Positions 37,537 through 51,131 are shown, numbered from the whole stretch's first letter. The stretch: DNA of 62,919 bases, filler included, from Octopus bimaculoides (GCF_001194135.2; 6 parts of 6 records of this genome joined end to end with filler, not necessarily neighbours in it); one strand, 5' to 3'. Notes: a model not told the origin generated them from the letters alone. Numbers and translations: made by a program.

Positions 37537-38244
37537 GGTGGTGGTGGTGGTGGGTTTTTTTGATATGTTGTAACGTCTAATGTAATTCTGCTTATGCTAA
37601 ATTCCAGTTCTTAATTTTGACAGCAACAGAGATGAAGTTCCTTACTCAAGTCAACACAGTCCATACACCTGTACCTTCTGCTGTACCATTTATAATACTG
37701 GTACCCTCCCACTTTGCCATCTAATTTAAACGTACCCTTTTACAATACAATGCACTTTAAACGTAACCCTTTTACTGTACCAGTTACTATATGTGCACCA
37801 TTCTACAGTGCCCCAAATAACCAAATTGGTTTCCTTTCACGAAAACAATCCGGCAGCATTCAAAATCAATTCGAGAAAATCTTTATTATACTTTCTTATT
37901 TGTACATAGCAACATTTGGTCGTATTTGCACTGTAAATTATGCCTGTGTGAAAAGTTATTTATTTTATTTCAAGACATTGATTGATTAAACAGAAAGTCT
38001 GAGATGTTGGACTACTGCAAAACAAGCTTTAGAATGCTTACTTTCCAATAATGTATCCACAAGTGAAGAATTTCGCTATTGTTCTCATTATTTAGAAAAA
38101 AACAGAGATCTTCTCGCTTACGATTCGAGTGTTTTGTAGGTTTCAAAAACAATCGTTTTGATTTATTGCCCATGCGCAGTTCGATATTTTTATATACGCA
38201 ATTACACTTTATCTATTCTTATGCTTTCGTGTATTTCTTTTATT

Positions 38245-38908
38245 TTTGATCTTTTACTTGTTTCGTTCAGTTGACTGCGGCCATGCTGGGGTACCGCCGT
38301 TTTGCTACACTGCTGTTATTGAGAGCCTCCTCTAAGACGTGGCATTTTGGTGGATAAGGGAGTTTGATGTCGCTACTCTCTTTTGCACCTCCTGCCGCGA
38401 GGTAGGTTCAACTGGGACTATCGACAGGAAGAGATCCAGTTGCGATTTGAAAACCCTTACATCCACTTTGTGTAGGTCCCTCAAGCTCTTTGGGAGAATA
38501 TTAAAAAGATACGGACCCCTGAAACCCAGGCTCTTGCAGTAACTGGTCCTGAAGCGCGATGGCATTGGTGGGATCTTTGACAATGTGGAGTTTCTGCATA
38601 CATACATACATATATGTACATACATATATATATATATGCATACATACATACATACATACATACATACNNNNNNNNNNACATAAACCAAAACATACAAATC
38701 TGCATACATACATATATACATACATATATGCATATATACATACATTGTCATATATACATACATTGTCAGTTTCTGTCTATAAAATCGACTCGAAAGGCTT
38801 TGGTCGGTCCTAGGCTATAGTATAAGACACTTGCTCAAGGTGCCACGTAGTGGGACTGAACCTGAAACCCTTAAGTTGGGAAGCAAACGTCTTACCACAC
38901 AGCCACAC
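38245..38908 (-). mobile_element. SINE A tail (38245-38300) and head (38765-38908) separated by a LINE fragment and microsatellite
   Basis: Both parts match SINE A in the same orientation; the SINE middle is absent. Confidence 0.7.
38310..38598 (-). mobile_element. CR1/L2-like LINE 3' fragment, frame still open
   Basis: SRFRTSYCKSLGFRGPYLFNILPKSLRDLHKVDVRVFKSQLDLFLSIVPVEPTSRQEVQKRVATSNSLIHQ. Confidence 0.8.
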
Positions 38909-39099
38909 CTGATTTTTTTTTTTAGTCTTCTTAATTTTTTCTCGTTACCTTCTACCGTTTTGCTTCAGTTCAGTTTCTCTCCTGTATACATCAACTGTCC
39001 CAAGTTTTTTTTCAGTTTTTCTATTTTTCATTTCTGTTTCTGTCAAATTTTGACCGAAGGCCAAATTTTAAGAAGGGAGATAAATAGATAACGTCAACC

Positions 39100-39250
39100 A
39101 CAGTGTTTCACTGGTACCTCTTTTATCGACCCCAAAAGGATGAAAGGCAAAGTCGACCTCGGCGGAATTTGAACTCAGAACGTAAAGACGGATGAAATAC
39201 CGCTAGACATTTTGTTCGGTGTGCTATCGATTCTGCCACGGTCACCACTT
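39100..39250 (-). mobile_element. SINE family D
   Basis: atcgaccccaaaaggatgaaaggcaaagtcgacctcggcggaatttgaactcagaacg. Confidence 0.85.
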
Positions 39251-39457
39251 TAAACAGCGGTTATATTATCAACCAATAAGATCTGTTTCTTCCATTTTAT
39301 CCAATCAACGTTTGTCAGACTATTGAAGCAATCACCTACATAACGCTTTTACGTCTTGCTATTCATAATCGTCTGAAGATCGGAAACGAAAGACTACACG
39401 TTACGATTTACAAAGTTGCAGCGTCAAGTGAATACGGTTTTATATTCAGGATAGGAT

Positions 39458-39557
39458 NNNNNNNNNNNNNNNNNNNNNNNNNNNNNNNNNNNNNNNNNNN
39501 NTTAATTAATTAANNNNNNNNNNNNNNNNNNNNNNNNNNNNNNNNNNNNNNNNNNNN
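39458..39557. other. Artificial scaffold join N44-TTAATTAATTAA-N44
   Basis: 12-mer at 39502-39513. Confidence 0.95.
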
Positions 39558-39599
<42 letters not shown>

Positions 39600-39604
39600 C
39601 AGAA

Positions 39605-39818
39605 TAGATGTATCTTTATCTTTTCATTGGACTGCGGTCTTGCTGGGCCACCGCCTTTAGTCGAACAAATCGACCCCAGTAGTTATTTTTTTAAAATCTG
39701 GTACTTATTCTACGCAAAAGTTCTCTTGTGCCGACCCGCTAAGTTGGGGGTACGTAAACAAACTAACTTTGGTTGTCGAACGGTTTTGTGTTCAAACACA
39801 ATGACTCGTACACGCACA

Positions 39819-39850
<32 letters not shown>

Positions 39851-40105
39851 CATACATACATACNNNNNNNNNNCATACATACATACATACATAAATGCAT
39901 GCATGCATGCATACATACATACACACATACACACATGCACACATATATATTCTACAATCTACCACACAGTTTCCGTCTACCAAATTCATTGACAAGTCAT
40001 TGGTCGGTCAAAAGCTAGAAGCGGAAGTCCCTTGTGCAAACTGCCGCGGAGTGTGGGACTGAACCCATAACAGTTGCAAAACTACGTAACCATACTTAAA
40101 TGCCT
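39605..40105 (-). mobile_element. SINE family A, decayed full length
   Basis: Tail, (TACA)n centre and head in reverse complement. Confidence 0.8.
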
Positions 40106-40343
40106 GTTTGTTACAAAAAATAAGGGCGTATACTATACGACCAATCATGATAGTGGCTTCGATTACATAGGGTATAAAGGTTTTGATAGCGTGCCTTGTC
40201 CCGTTAAAGAGTATTGGTGCATCCAAATTTCGTACTAATTTGCAGATTATTAGGTGAGATCAGCGTTAGATTCCAATACAGTAATGAAATGACTTGTATA
40301 GTCTGAATTGGGCTGGTAACTCTTAAATGATGGTGACATTATT

Positions 40344-40770
40344 AGGAAGCTAGCTAGTAGAATCGTTAGAACGTCGGGCAAAATATTTAGCAGCATTTCT
40401 TCGAGCTTTTTACGTCTTGAATTCAAATTCCGCTGAGGTCGACTTCGCCTTTCATTCTTTCTGGGTCGATAAAATAAAGTACCAGTCGAGCACTGGGGTT
40501 TATGTAATCGACTAGACCCCTTCCCCTAAAATTACTGGCCTTGAGCCAAAATTTGAAGCTGTTATTTGGCGGTGAGCTTACAGAATCCTTAGAGCGTCGG
40601 CAAAATGCCTGACAATTTTGCTACGAATCTTTACGTTCTGAGCCCAAATTCTACCAAGGCCAATTTTGTCTCTCATCACTGGGGTGCTGATAAAATAGAG
40701 TACTGGGGCAGATGGTATTGACTAACTCCCTCCTATCAAATCTCAGGTCTTATGTCTATGTTAGAAACCA
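40344..40770 (+). mobile_element. Two head-to-tail SINE family D copies (about 40344-40566 and 40567-40770)
   Basis: Each has the cagaatc.ttag head and the ttctgag/ttgaa..caaattc B-box region. Confidence 0.8.
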
Positions 40771-41627
40771 GATTTAATCTGCGCGTTACCATATTTGTCA
40801 GCTACGATTGCACGATAATAAAGCTAGCTTTGCAGTTTTAAAATTCGATCAGACGTTATCTGTTAACGTCCAGTAGCATTTCTTGAGATATATTCATGAT
40901 TGCTGCTCAATTTCTTTGGTGTCTTGGAATCTCTACTCTTAGAGTGTAGTAATATTTGATCATTGTTTCTAATTGATATAAAGCTCACTTATAAACTGAG
41001 CTACTGATACATCTCTAATAGGTATAATTTTCATGTTCGTGGAAAGATTAAAGTTTTCTCCATCTCATACCCTATGCTCTCAACTCGGCTTCATCATTAT
41101 TAGTGGAATAAACCATACTAGATATCTGAATATCTGTGTCACATGGCTCTTTACACCACAAGATGATCATCTTTGGGATGACTGACAGAGATTGCCTGAA
41201 CTCACTAACCAGTCAGTAAAACTGTGATTCTGTTCATAATGCTAGTGTTTGTTCTAGTTGTTGTAAGATGCAATCAAATGCAAGTCTGCAAGACTGTGTA
41301 TTCATCTCATATTTTAGTTTGGCTTCCTTTAGGACATCTGTCTGTCCAGAACTTTACCAATATTGCACACAGGACCGTCATTGTGTGTAGCTATTTCAAA
41401 GTAGCATGAGTAATTCTAGATGAGGCCGCCACGGAAATAGCACTCTGCTTCAGTGAACGAACGCTTTGCCAAAATTAGGTTGATCAAAAAAGTATTACAA
41501 TTTCCACCAGAAGCATCAGGGAGGACTATTCCTTCCAAATTCATATGTCACCAATTATTTCAACCCTGTATAACTTTATTTGTTTATAGTGATCAAAATG
41601 TTTGTGTTGTACATTAACTCCCTCCCT

Positions 41628-41799
41628 CCATCAAATCGACGTTGAACAGCTGTACGGTGTGCCACGCGTCAGGCGTCGAAGTGATCATAGAGCAACGGAA
41701 GATGAAGTGTTTTGCTCAGGAACGCACCATCCGGTCTAGGAATTGAAATCATGATCGCTAGATCGTGAATGCAACACCCTAACCACTAGGCCATGCACC
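41628..41799 (-). mobile_element. tRNA-derived SINE (family E-like)
   Basis: The minus strand begins ggtgcatggcctagtggttagggtgttgcattcacgatc...gatttcaattcctagacc. Confidence 0.7.
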
Positions 41800-41843
41800 C
41801 CGTCTCTCTCTCCCTCCCTATACATACATACATACATACATAC

Positions 41844-42779
41844 CTTGACCAGGTTTGCATACATCATGAGACGTGGAAAGCAACTCATTGAACAGCATTT
41901 CTTTTCTGATAACCTTGAATACATGCCTAAAGAAGTCACACGACCCCACCGTAACATATCATCAGATGAAAGGATGAGCGTATATCGGCAGATGACCGTG
42001 CATGGATATGTTAGCAGAAAGCTCCGGAATGATAATAACATTTATAACCAAAGCAGTCTATCATAAACCAACAATCAGATTACTAACCCTCACTTTGAAA
42101 GCTATGCGTTTGTAATCCAGGAACAGGAAATATCAACCAAATACCTGATGCACAAAAGAGATAGAGACGCAGGGAAAGCAACAAAATGTGATAATCGATG
42201 CAAAGTTTGTGGAGTTAACATCGAAGATATCACCCACTTTATAAGCAATTGCCTGAAAATGTCATCACGGTATTATCTACCGATGTTGTAGCTAAGACAC
42301 TGTATAATGAGGTCCGTCGGAAGGATAACTCTGAGGCTGAAGAAAAAAGAGCCCACAGTATTGTAGAAGCCATAGCCACACATAATAAAAAGTAGTGCTG
42401 GTGGAATGTCATAGTGAATACCTAAATAAAATGTAAACATAATATACCTGACAGTGATTTAGGACAGGAAAGAGAAACTGTGTACAGTTGTGGAAGTCGG
42501 CTGCCCAGCGGTTGTTAACATAAACCTATAGAACAGCGAGAAAGAAGATACCTATGCTGAACGATTGAGAAATCTACAGTTACTCTACGCAGATTACAAG
42601 TTCAGGTTTATACCTGTAATTATTGGGCACTGGGATATGTAATACACTACCTAAATGCGAATCCTGAGAAATTAGGCTTCTCAAAACCAGAAAGGAGAAA
42701 GCTCATTCGAAAATTACAGACCCAAGCCATCACTGGAACGGTAAAAATCAGAAAATCTTTCCAGAAGTTTATTATTTAA
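41844..42779 (+). mobile_element. 5'-truncated R4/Dong-like RLE retrotransposon: CCHC knuckle and restriction-like endonuclease, decayed
   Basis: FESYAFVIQEQEISTKYL...CKVCGVNIEDITHFISNC (C-x2-C-x8-H-x4-C, 42199-42252), KCKHNIPD...VVEVGCP...EKEDTY...FIPVIIG. Contains stops and frameshifts. Confidence 0.8.
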
Positions 42780-43015
42780 GTATATATGTGCATCTAGACA
42801 TGCAACTATATACATAAAAATGCATACATAAAACAAATCATACAAATCTGCACATGCACTGACTCCAAATACTGCACATATACACTAAAATACCCTGTTG
42901 ATGTTAGGATTAGTTAGGATTCCAATGAAGATGCCCTGTATCTAGGTTAGAAACCGGCTCTTTCTCTATTGGCAAGAAATTTTGAAATAGAACTGAATAA
43001 TTACACACAGACACA

Positions 43016-43066
<51 letters not shown>

Positions 43067-43551
43067 CACATCACATATTTAAGTGACAATATATGGATTC
43101 AACCAATCCGGTAGTACTCATGAAAAACGCTCCTTAAGAAGTGTATAGATAATTTATTTTATATTTTATAATAAGTAATAAATTACTTACAGGTCTGCAT
43201 TAAGCTAGGTTAAAAGAAATCCATGTTGAAGATAATAATCTCTCGACATAACCTTTCAAGAACGCAGAGTCGATATTTCTTTTAACCTGAAAAGCTAGCT
43301 TAATATTTGCATTAATGTAAAGATTGTATTATATTAATGCAGACATGTAAGTAATTTATTACTTGTTATAAAGTATAATAAAATAATTTCCAATGGTTAA
43401 ATAATCTTTATCATAGTATATTTCTATCATTATTTATAACTATATGTGTGTGTGCGTGTGTGTATGTGTGTGTGTGTGTACGTGCATACATATAAATGCA
43501 TTGATATATATATATATATATGTATGAATGTTTGTATGAATTGTATATGTA

Positions 43552-43617
<66 letters not shown>

Positions 43618-43637
43618 TGTGTGTGTGTATAAATACA

Positions 43638-44396
43638 TACAGGGTGCGATGAGTAAATTGTCGCCATTTTATATTTATAATTTCGCGCATGCACATTGTT
43701 TGTTTTTGATTTTGTCGACTACACAGTATAGTAGGGTCAGTTGGGCACCGTCTGTGAGAAAAACAGCACCATGACGCAATTTACTCTGCCAGGAATTTGG
43801 AAACCACATGCTGTACTGTCGGCATTCAGAGTGTTTGGGTGTCAATCTGAGGACAGTACAATCTGAAGACATGTACCGAGAGTGATAAAAATCAAGCATC
43901 CAATCAACATCATGATGCTTGGAGTGATCACTAGTGATGGGGACGTTATACCTCCATTCATCTTCCTACACTGCCTCAGACTCAACACGGAGGCTTACGT
44001 CAAGTACCTGGAGTAGGTAGTGATGCCCTGGATCAAGAGGGTGGCTACTGGAAGAACCTCTATCTAGCAACAAGACTCTGCACCATGCCACACAAGCAGG
44101 AGAACCCAGTCATGACTGTCAGACAATTTCTGCGACCACACCACTCCCAACATCTGGCCACCTAACTCCTCAGACTGCAACCCCCTTGATTATTATAGTG
44201 TGGGGTGCAGTTGAGCGAGAGACCAACAAAACTCCTTGTAACACCAAAGAGGAACTGAAGGCAAGGATTTGCAGGAGATTCCGAAGTCGTCTGGAGGCCA
44301 TGGCTGAAGCCAATGGCGATTTTATTGACTAAATTTTTACTCTTTAGTATTTCAAGATATTTTAATGTAATTTTCGTAAATATATCTGCTAAAATG
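43638..44396 (+). mobile_element. DD37D (maT) Tc1/mariner-superfamily element, internally deleted and decayed
   Basis: TA|CAGGGTG start. QQDSAPCH...IWPPNSSDCNPLDYY has 37 residues between the last two Asp (manual count), and the frame ends EANGDFID*. The right end is lost in a gap. Confidence 0.85.
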
Positions 44397-44983
44397 NNNN
44401 NNNNNNNNNNNNNNNNNNNNNNNNNNNNNNNNNNNNNNNNNNNNNNNNNNNNNNNNNNNNNNNNNNNNNNNNNNNNNNNNNNNNNNNNNNNNNNNNNNNN
44501 NNNNNNNNNNNNNNNNNNNNNNNNNNNNNNNNNNNNNNNNNNNNNNNNNNNNNNNNNNNNNNNNNNNNNNNNNNNNNNNNNNNNNNNNNNNNNNNNNNNN
44601 NNNNNNNNNNNNNNNNNNNNNNNNNNNNNNNNNNNNNNNNNNNNNNNNNNNNNNNNNNNNNNNNNNNNNNNNNNNNNNNNNNNNNNNNNNNNNNNNNNNN
44701 NNNNNNNNNNNNNNNNNNNNNNNNNNNNNNNNNNNNNNNNNNNNNNNNNNNNNNNNNNNNNNNNNNNNNNNNNNNNNNNNNNNNNNNNNNNNNNNNNNNN
44801 NNNNNNNNNNNNNNNNNNNNNNNNNNNNNNNNNNNNNNNNNNNNNNNNNNNNNNNNNNNNNNNNNNNNNNNNNNNNNNNNNNNNNNNNNNNNNNNNNNNN
44901 NNNNNNNNNNNNNNNNNNNNNNNNNNNNNNNNNNNNNNNNNNNNNNNTGTGTGTGTGTGTGTGTATGTATATATGTATATATA

Positions 44984-46141
44984 CAGTGGTGGGCACGGTT
45001 CCACTAATCCGCTAACACCTAATGAGCGAAGCTAGCTCTTCGTTTGGCCGATTAGCATTTCCGCTAACTTTGGAAACCGTTAGCGAACCAATTAGCTTCT
45101 GCTAAATTTAGTTCCGCTACCTTTAAGTCCGCTAACAAAATTTATACGTTTGTTCCTGTCTGCTGTGGGCGTGTCTCGAAGAGATTGATTGGCGCAGCAG
45201 CAGCTAACTGAGCAGCATTGTGTAATTCAGCAGTTTTGAGATGTGTTCATTTATGACGTCGTCACATTACAGACGGTCTTACAGAGTCAGCGACAGCAGT
45301 GTACGTTATTGGCTTTTCAAGTTATCGCTTATTGTTATAGAAGGTGAAGACGTTTTTGTTCGGCCTGAGGATGAAGCGCCTGTTGTAGCGTTTCCAACGG
45401 CTGTAGGTGATGCAGAAGTCGTTCAGGTCGAGTGTCAGGAGTTTCAGAATCTGTAGCCCTACCTGGAAGACTACTTTGACCTTACGTCAAGGGATAAGGA
45501 GAACGCCAAAATCCGGTACTTCCAGTGCGTCATGTGCTAGCCCAAGGAGGCCACCATCAAGGGACAAGCGGTAAGTCTCTACAACTTGAGGTCACATGTC
45601 AAGAGGAAACACCCAGCGCATGCCATCCAGTTTTAGGAGAGAATCAAGGCTGGCTGTTCCCGTGGGAAACATAGGCAATCTTCTGGTAGCACACAGTTGC
45701 CAGTCGTTACAGCCATGTGCAATGAAAGCACGCCAGCCTAGCATTGGCGAGGCGTTTGCCCAAAATGCTGGCACTAGCGTCTGTCAGTTTATGGTGGGCA
45801 GAAGGATTGTAGACCTTGATCATACTCTGCGTCAGTTTATATATATATGTAATTTCAGGTGTTTAACTTTACAACTTATGTTTCTTTACAATTTAACATT
45901 TTTTATTTACAGATTGCTCAAGGATGTTCCCTGGGTGGTGACCATCGTGGACTGCTGGTCGGCCCACAGCAGTTCCTACCTGGGGATGACGGCACACTGG
46001 CTGGACCTTAAGATCCACACGAAACAGCACGCTGTCCTGGCCTGATGTTCTCACTCAGGCCATGGTAGATACTCATTACAAGTTCCATCTGCAGGACAAG
46101 GTGACCAGGACCACAATGGACAACGGCAGAAATTTTGCCAA
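44984..46141 (+). mobile_element. hAT (Ac-like) transposon 5' part: BED zinc finger and first catalytic motifs; cut by a scaffold join
   Basis: CAGTGGTGGGC start; QCVMC*PK...SLYNLRSHVKRKH (BED finger); VTIVDCWSAHSSSYLGMTAHWLD and KVTRTTMDNGRNFA. Confidence 0.85.
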
Positions 46142-46241
46142 NNNNNNNNNNNNNNNNNNNNNNNNNNNNNNNNNNNNNNNNNNNNTTAATTAATTAANNN
46201 NNNNNNNNNNNNNNNNNNNNNNNNNNNNNNNNNNNNNNNNN
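46142..46241. other. Artificial scaffold join N44-TTAATTAATTAA-N44
   Basis: 12-mer at 46186-46197. Confidence 0.95.
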
Positions 46242-46429
46242 TATATATATATCAGGCCACTTTCATCAAGGTAGAAAAATCAGCTGGATTTCTCATATAA
46301 CACCTCTTTACCGACGTGTCTTCTATATTATGCATCTCTGGATCTCACTTGTTGACTTTATACTCCTGCTTAGCCGAACACTATCTATTAAATACACCCA
46401 TGGATAAACAACATGCGTGTATACACATG

Positions 46430-46467
<38 letters not shown>

Positions 46468-47323
46468 TATATATTTATCTGCATATATACAAATATACCT
46501 GTGTTCATGTGTGTGCGTATTTATACATATATATATATGTGTGTGTGTATACACACACATATATGTGTATGGGTGTGAGTGTGTATATGAATATGTGTGG
46601 GTGTATATATATATATATATATATATATATGGTGGTTGTCTACTTATACTGAGTCTGATTGCCTCTTGTACTTACACCTTAGATCCATCATGGCGTCTGG
46701 TGTGGCTTTTTAAAGCAGACATTGTATTGAAAAATTCACCCAAATAGATTGCATGTCTCATTTAGAACACCAAGAGCTGCAGTTAAGTTCTGATCTTTGT
46801 GGATCTTAAAATGTCTTTATCATTTTTCATTATTTCTTTTCCTGATAATTTTCCATGAGTTTCTGACCTTATAACTTTATAATCGGAACTAATGGCTAGT
46901 TTGATTGAATCCAATGATTCAGAACAAGAAAGCTAGACACTGTCTATGAATATAAGCGCAAGCGCACTGTGGATATATATATATTATTTGCGTATATGTA
47001 TCTTACGTAGTTTATGTATATGTGTGTGTGTGTGTATGTGCGTGCGTGTGTGTACTTTTTTCAAGTCACTTTACATCACTAAGTGTAACATGTAGCCCAG
47101 TACAATGAGCTGCAAGTACAATACATTTCTAGCTTTACTGGCATCGCCAACGATTTGTCTGGTAGACAACATACTATGTCTTTATCATAAAGGAGGCTTA
47201 TTCTCAATTTATAACCGAAAGGCAGAAGTATGGACGTATAGACGTCAGGAACGTAACTAAGTTAGCCCCATACTGGGGCTGACTAGTACCCATGGTCACT
47301 TTAGTGACATCTCTCTGTTTCTC

Positions 47324-47355
<32 letters not shown>

Positions 47356-47919
47356 NNNNNNNNNNNNNNNNNNNNNNNNNNNNNNNNNNNNNNNNNNNNN
47401 NNNNNNNNNNNNNNNNNNNNNNNNNNNNNNNNNNNNNNNNNNNNNNNNNNNNNNNNNNNNNNNNNNNNNNNNNNNNNNNNNNNNNNNNNNNNNNNNNNNN
47501 NNNNNNNNNNNNNNNNNNNNNNNNNNNNNNNNNNNNNNNNNNNNNNNNNNNNNNNNNNNNNNNNNNNNNNNNNNNNNNNNNNNNNNNNNNNNNNNNNNNN
47601 NNNNNNNNNNNNNNNNNNNNNNNNNNNNNNNNNNNNNNNNNNNNNNNNNNNNNNNNNNNNNNNNNNNNNNNNNNNNNNNNNNNNNNNNNNNNNNNNNNNN
47701 NNNNNNNNNNNNNNNNNNNNNNNNNNNNNNNNNNNNNNNNNNNNNNNNNNNNNNNNNNNNNNNNNNNNNNNNNNNNNNNNNNNNNNNNNNNNNNNNNNNN
47801 NNNNNNNNNNNNNNNNNNNNNNNNNNNNNNNNNNNNNNNNNNNNNNNNNNNNNNNNNNNNNNNNNNNNNNNNNNNNNNNNNNNNNNNNNNNNNNNNNNNN
47901 NNNNNNNNNNNNNNNNNNN

Positions 47920-47957
<38 letters not shown>

Positions 47958-49852
47958 TGTGTGAGTAATTCCTTATAGAGTCGCTCGAGTGATTGTATAC
48001 TATGTCAAACTTTGTGTAGGAGCAACGCTTCGCCAATTTTTATACACGCAATATACAAATAAAAGACACGTCGAAACAAAGTGCGCTTTAGTTACAAGAA
48101 TCATTATGAGCATGCCCTGTATTAATCTCTATCCTATGTGGATCTAGTTGGTAAGAAGCAAACTCGAAGCAGTGTATTGCGACGCATCACCAAATCCACG
48201 GAGCCGTTAATTTGCTTTCTTCCGTTTGCGTTTAATATTTCGTAACTTAACCTGCAAGACGAAGTGGCCGAATTATCCTGAACTTATATTTTGGTGATCT
48301 AATAGCTAAGAGAAATGTTGGATGATAATGTCTTAGAATAAAAGCAAATGAGTGAAGACAAATTATCATGATTATAGCAAAGTAAATTGTCGGATTATCT
48401 GAGCATAGGATTTGGCTATTATGTCCAGCAGTTAGAGCAACTACGTAGAGACTCTTTTGCTGGTTGATGAGATAATTGTTATTTTTAATGTTGATTATTT
48501 CGAAATCAATGTTGACTAGCTTGTCAATTAGATTAATTAATGTGTCCAAGAAACTGATAGACACTATCATAAGTCATTGCAACGATTAGAAATAATAGAA
48601 CTATCACCTGAAATCGCAAATTTCAATGAGTATAAGAGGAAAGAAAAACATTGGATGGAGTAGACACGAAAGAACACTGGTCATTGTAGTTTCCGCTTTA
48701 TTGTGGTTGAAAATGAAAGAAGTAAATATATTTAGGGTACGCGTAGTCGGAAATCAGTTGAATATAGCTCTGGTCCAGGGACTACACAAACATCATAACA
48801 GCAGCAGAAGCAAAAACAACGACATCAAGAACAGCAGCGTTAACTAAAACAAAGAAACCAAGAGCACTCATAAAATAGTACGTTTGGCTGAATGGATAAT
48901 CTATATCTATATCCAGGCGCATACACACGTGTACGTGTGTGTGTGTGTGGTTATCTATATGCTTGTGTGGGTATTTATATTTGTATATAAGTATGTGTAT
49001 GTTTTAAAGTAGTATCGTATTGTCTCATATATAAATATTTTTGATTATATTATTTTAAAAGTCATGTAATAAAATTATACTGGCTGACACTATTACAGAA
49101 TAATAACTTTTCTCCAAATATTTCTAGATGGAGGAAGTTTAACTCTGCAATATTGAAACAGGTACAACTATCAACGTACCTTATTTTATAACTTGCGTAG
49201 TTTTTTTGTTTTTTTTGGTTCTCTTTTTAACATAATCAAAAGCATGTATATGCGTGCGCATGTATGTATATATATTTTGCTTTTTAGGCACCAAGTCTAT
49301 CATTTCAGGTTTCAACACTTCTTTACCCTTGAGATTATATACTCTTCTCATATAGCGCAGATCTTAATTACCATTTAATAATTGCTGTACATGTTCTGGA
49401 GGCGTAGATATTTGAATACATCCACAATTTATTTACATGGTATTTGATATACAATAAATTTGTTTATGTTGTTCGTATATATGTCACTTCAAAGGGCACA
49501 CGTATTTTTCTCGTGTTGCATACATGTCTATGAATCTTTGCTGATGCAGATAGGTTAGGGTAATGCTCACGTTGATGACGCCTATTGAGACTGTAAAGCG
49601 CTTCAACAACTGTCCACGTTTCTCCACATGCTCCGCTTTTCTTTTTACTCAGTAGCAAATTATTGATTCTTTTGATTATCTCCTCTTCCTATGAGGACCT
49701 GATCTTAATTATATTTGGAAATTCTGATACATACTCTATAAGGCAAGAGAGTATTGATAACTGAAGAATTCATATTGCACTATTTAATATACCTGTATTT
49801 TTCTTTTGTTGTGTAAATATATACATACACACACTCTTTCTCTTTCACACAC

Positions 49853-49892
<40 letters not shown>

Positions 49893-50263
49893 ATGTGTAT
49901 TTATATGTTAATATGCAGCTTTATATATATTTCTGGGTGCGGATGTCTGTGTATAAAGTTCTTAGTGTATAGATATATGTAGATTTGTTGTATTCTTTTT
50001 AGTAATTTGGTTTTTGTGAAAATATTTACACTGATATATAGCATTTAAATAAACATGTTTTAACATGAGTATTCCATATGATGCATATGTTTAATACCAT
50101 CTTCTCATTTCCATAAAATAAATTGTTTCTAAGTCTCGCTTTTCACATTAATTTGGCTAAAATCTGTTTAAGTGTATGATAACAAATTCTTCTTCCTGCA
50201 CAATTATTTATACACACACACACGCACACACACACACACCTAAATACACGCAAACGCGCACAC

Positions 50264-50296
<33 letters not shown>

Positions 50297-51131
50297 TATA
50301 TCCAAAATGTTTTCAGATAGATATTATTCAATAATTTAATAACACGTCTTACTTGTAATATATTCAAGAAGTGTTTAAATATGTATTACATGGAAGTACA
50401 AAGATATTTGTAATTTACAAAGAAAATCCTGTTGTATTTGGCAGCATTCACTAAAATCTGGCAAGAAATCAAGTATTTTCGAAACTAATGGTAAGTTTAT
50501 ACAGTTTAATAGTTTGCTCAAGAAGAAATGAATGAATTTAACTTGGTATTTTCTTTCTATTCATAATTGTATGAACATGAAGCGCCGCCAACTATGTTAT
50601 GAAGCATGATTTTTTCATGGAATTTTTACAGTATTCATTCAGAATTTTAATAATCCACTCGGAATCGTAACCAACTGCGTACTGAATGTTTCCCTGTACA
50701 AGCAAAGCTGTTGGCGGTCCGTGTGATTTCACAGGATATGTTAAGTCCATGAGAAATTCATTGAACATCTAGCTGTCTGTTTCTCCATGGGAAAATAGGT
50801 TAACAGTTCGAACTGTTTAGGATAAAGGGGAACTAACAATGTTCTTGAGAGTCGAAGGACTGTAAAACAGGTACTTATGTAGGAATTTCAATTCAGTTCA
50901 AAATTTACGCTCTGTATTTCCAGGGTTACTATGTTTCTTCCGTTTTTTTTCTTTCTTTTTGATTTTATAACCATACTTGCAACGGCAACATAGCTAAACA
51001 CTAAATATTAGGTACATATTCAACTACGTATACAAACACACAACCACCTGTGTTCATATCGATATAAAACAATAATGTATGAGAATATAAAAATATGTAC
51101 ATACATACAGGTTTTTGTATATGTATATATA

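Noticed and set aside
40870-41420. Possible LINE endonuclease remnant on the minus strand
   Set aside because: Too many stops and no motif I could match with confidence.
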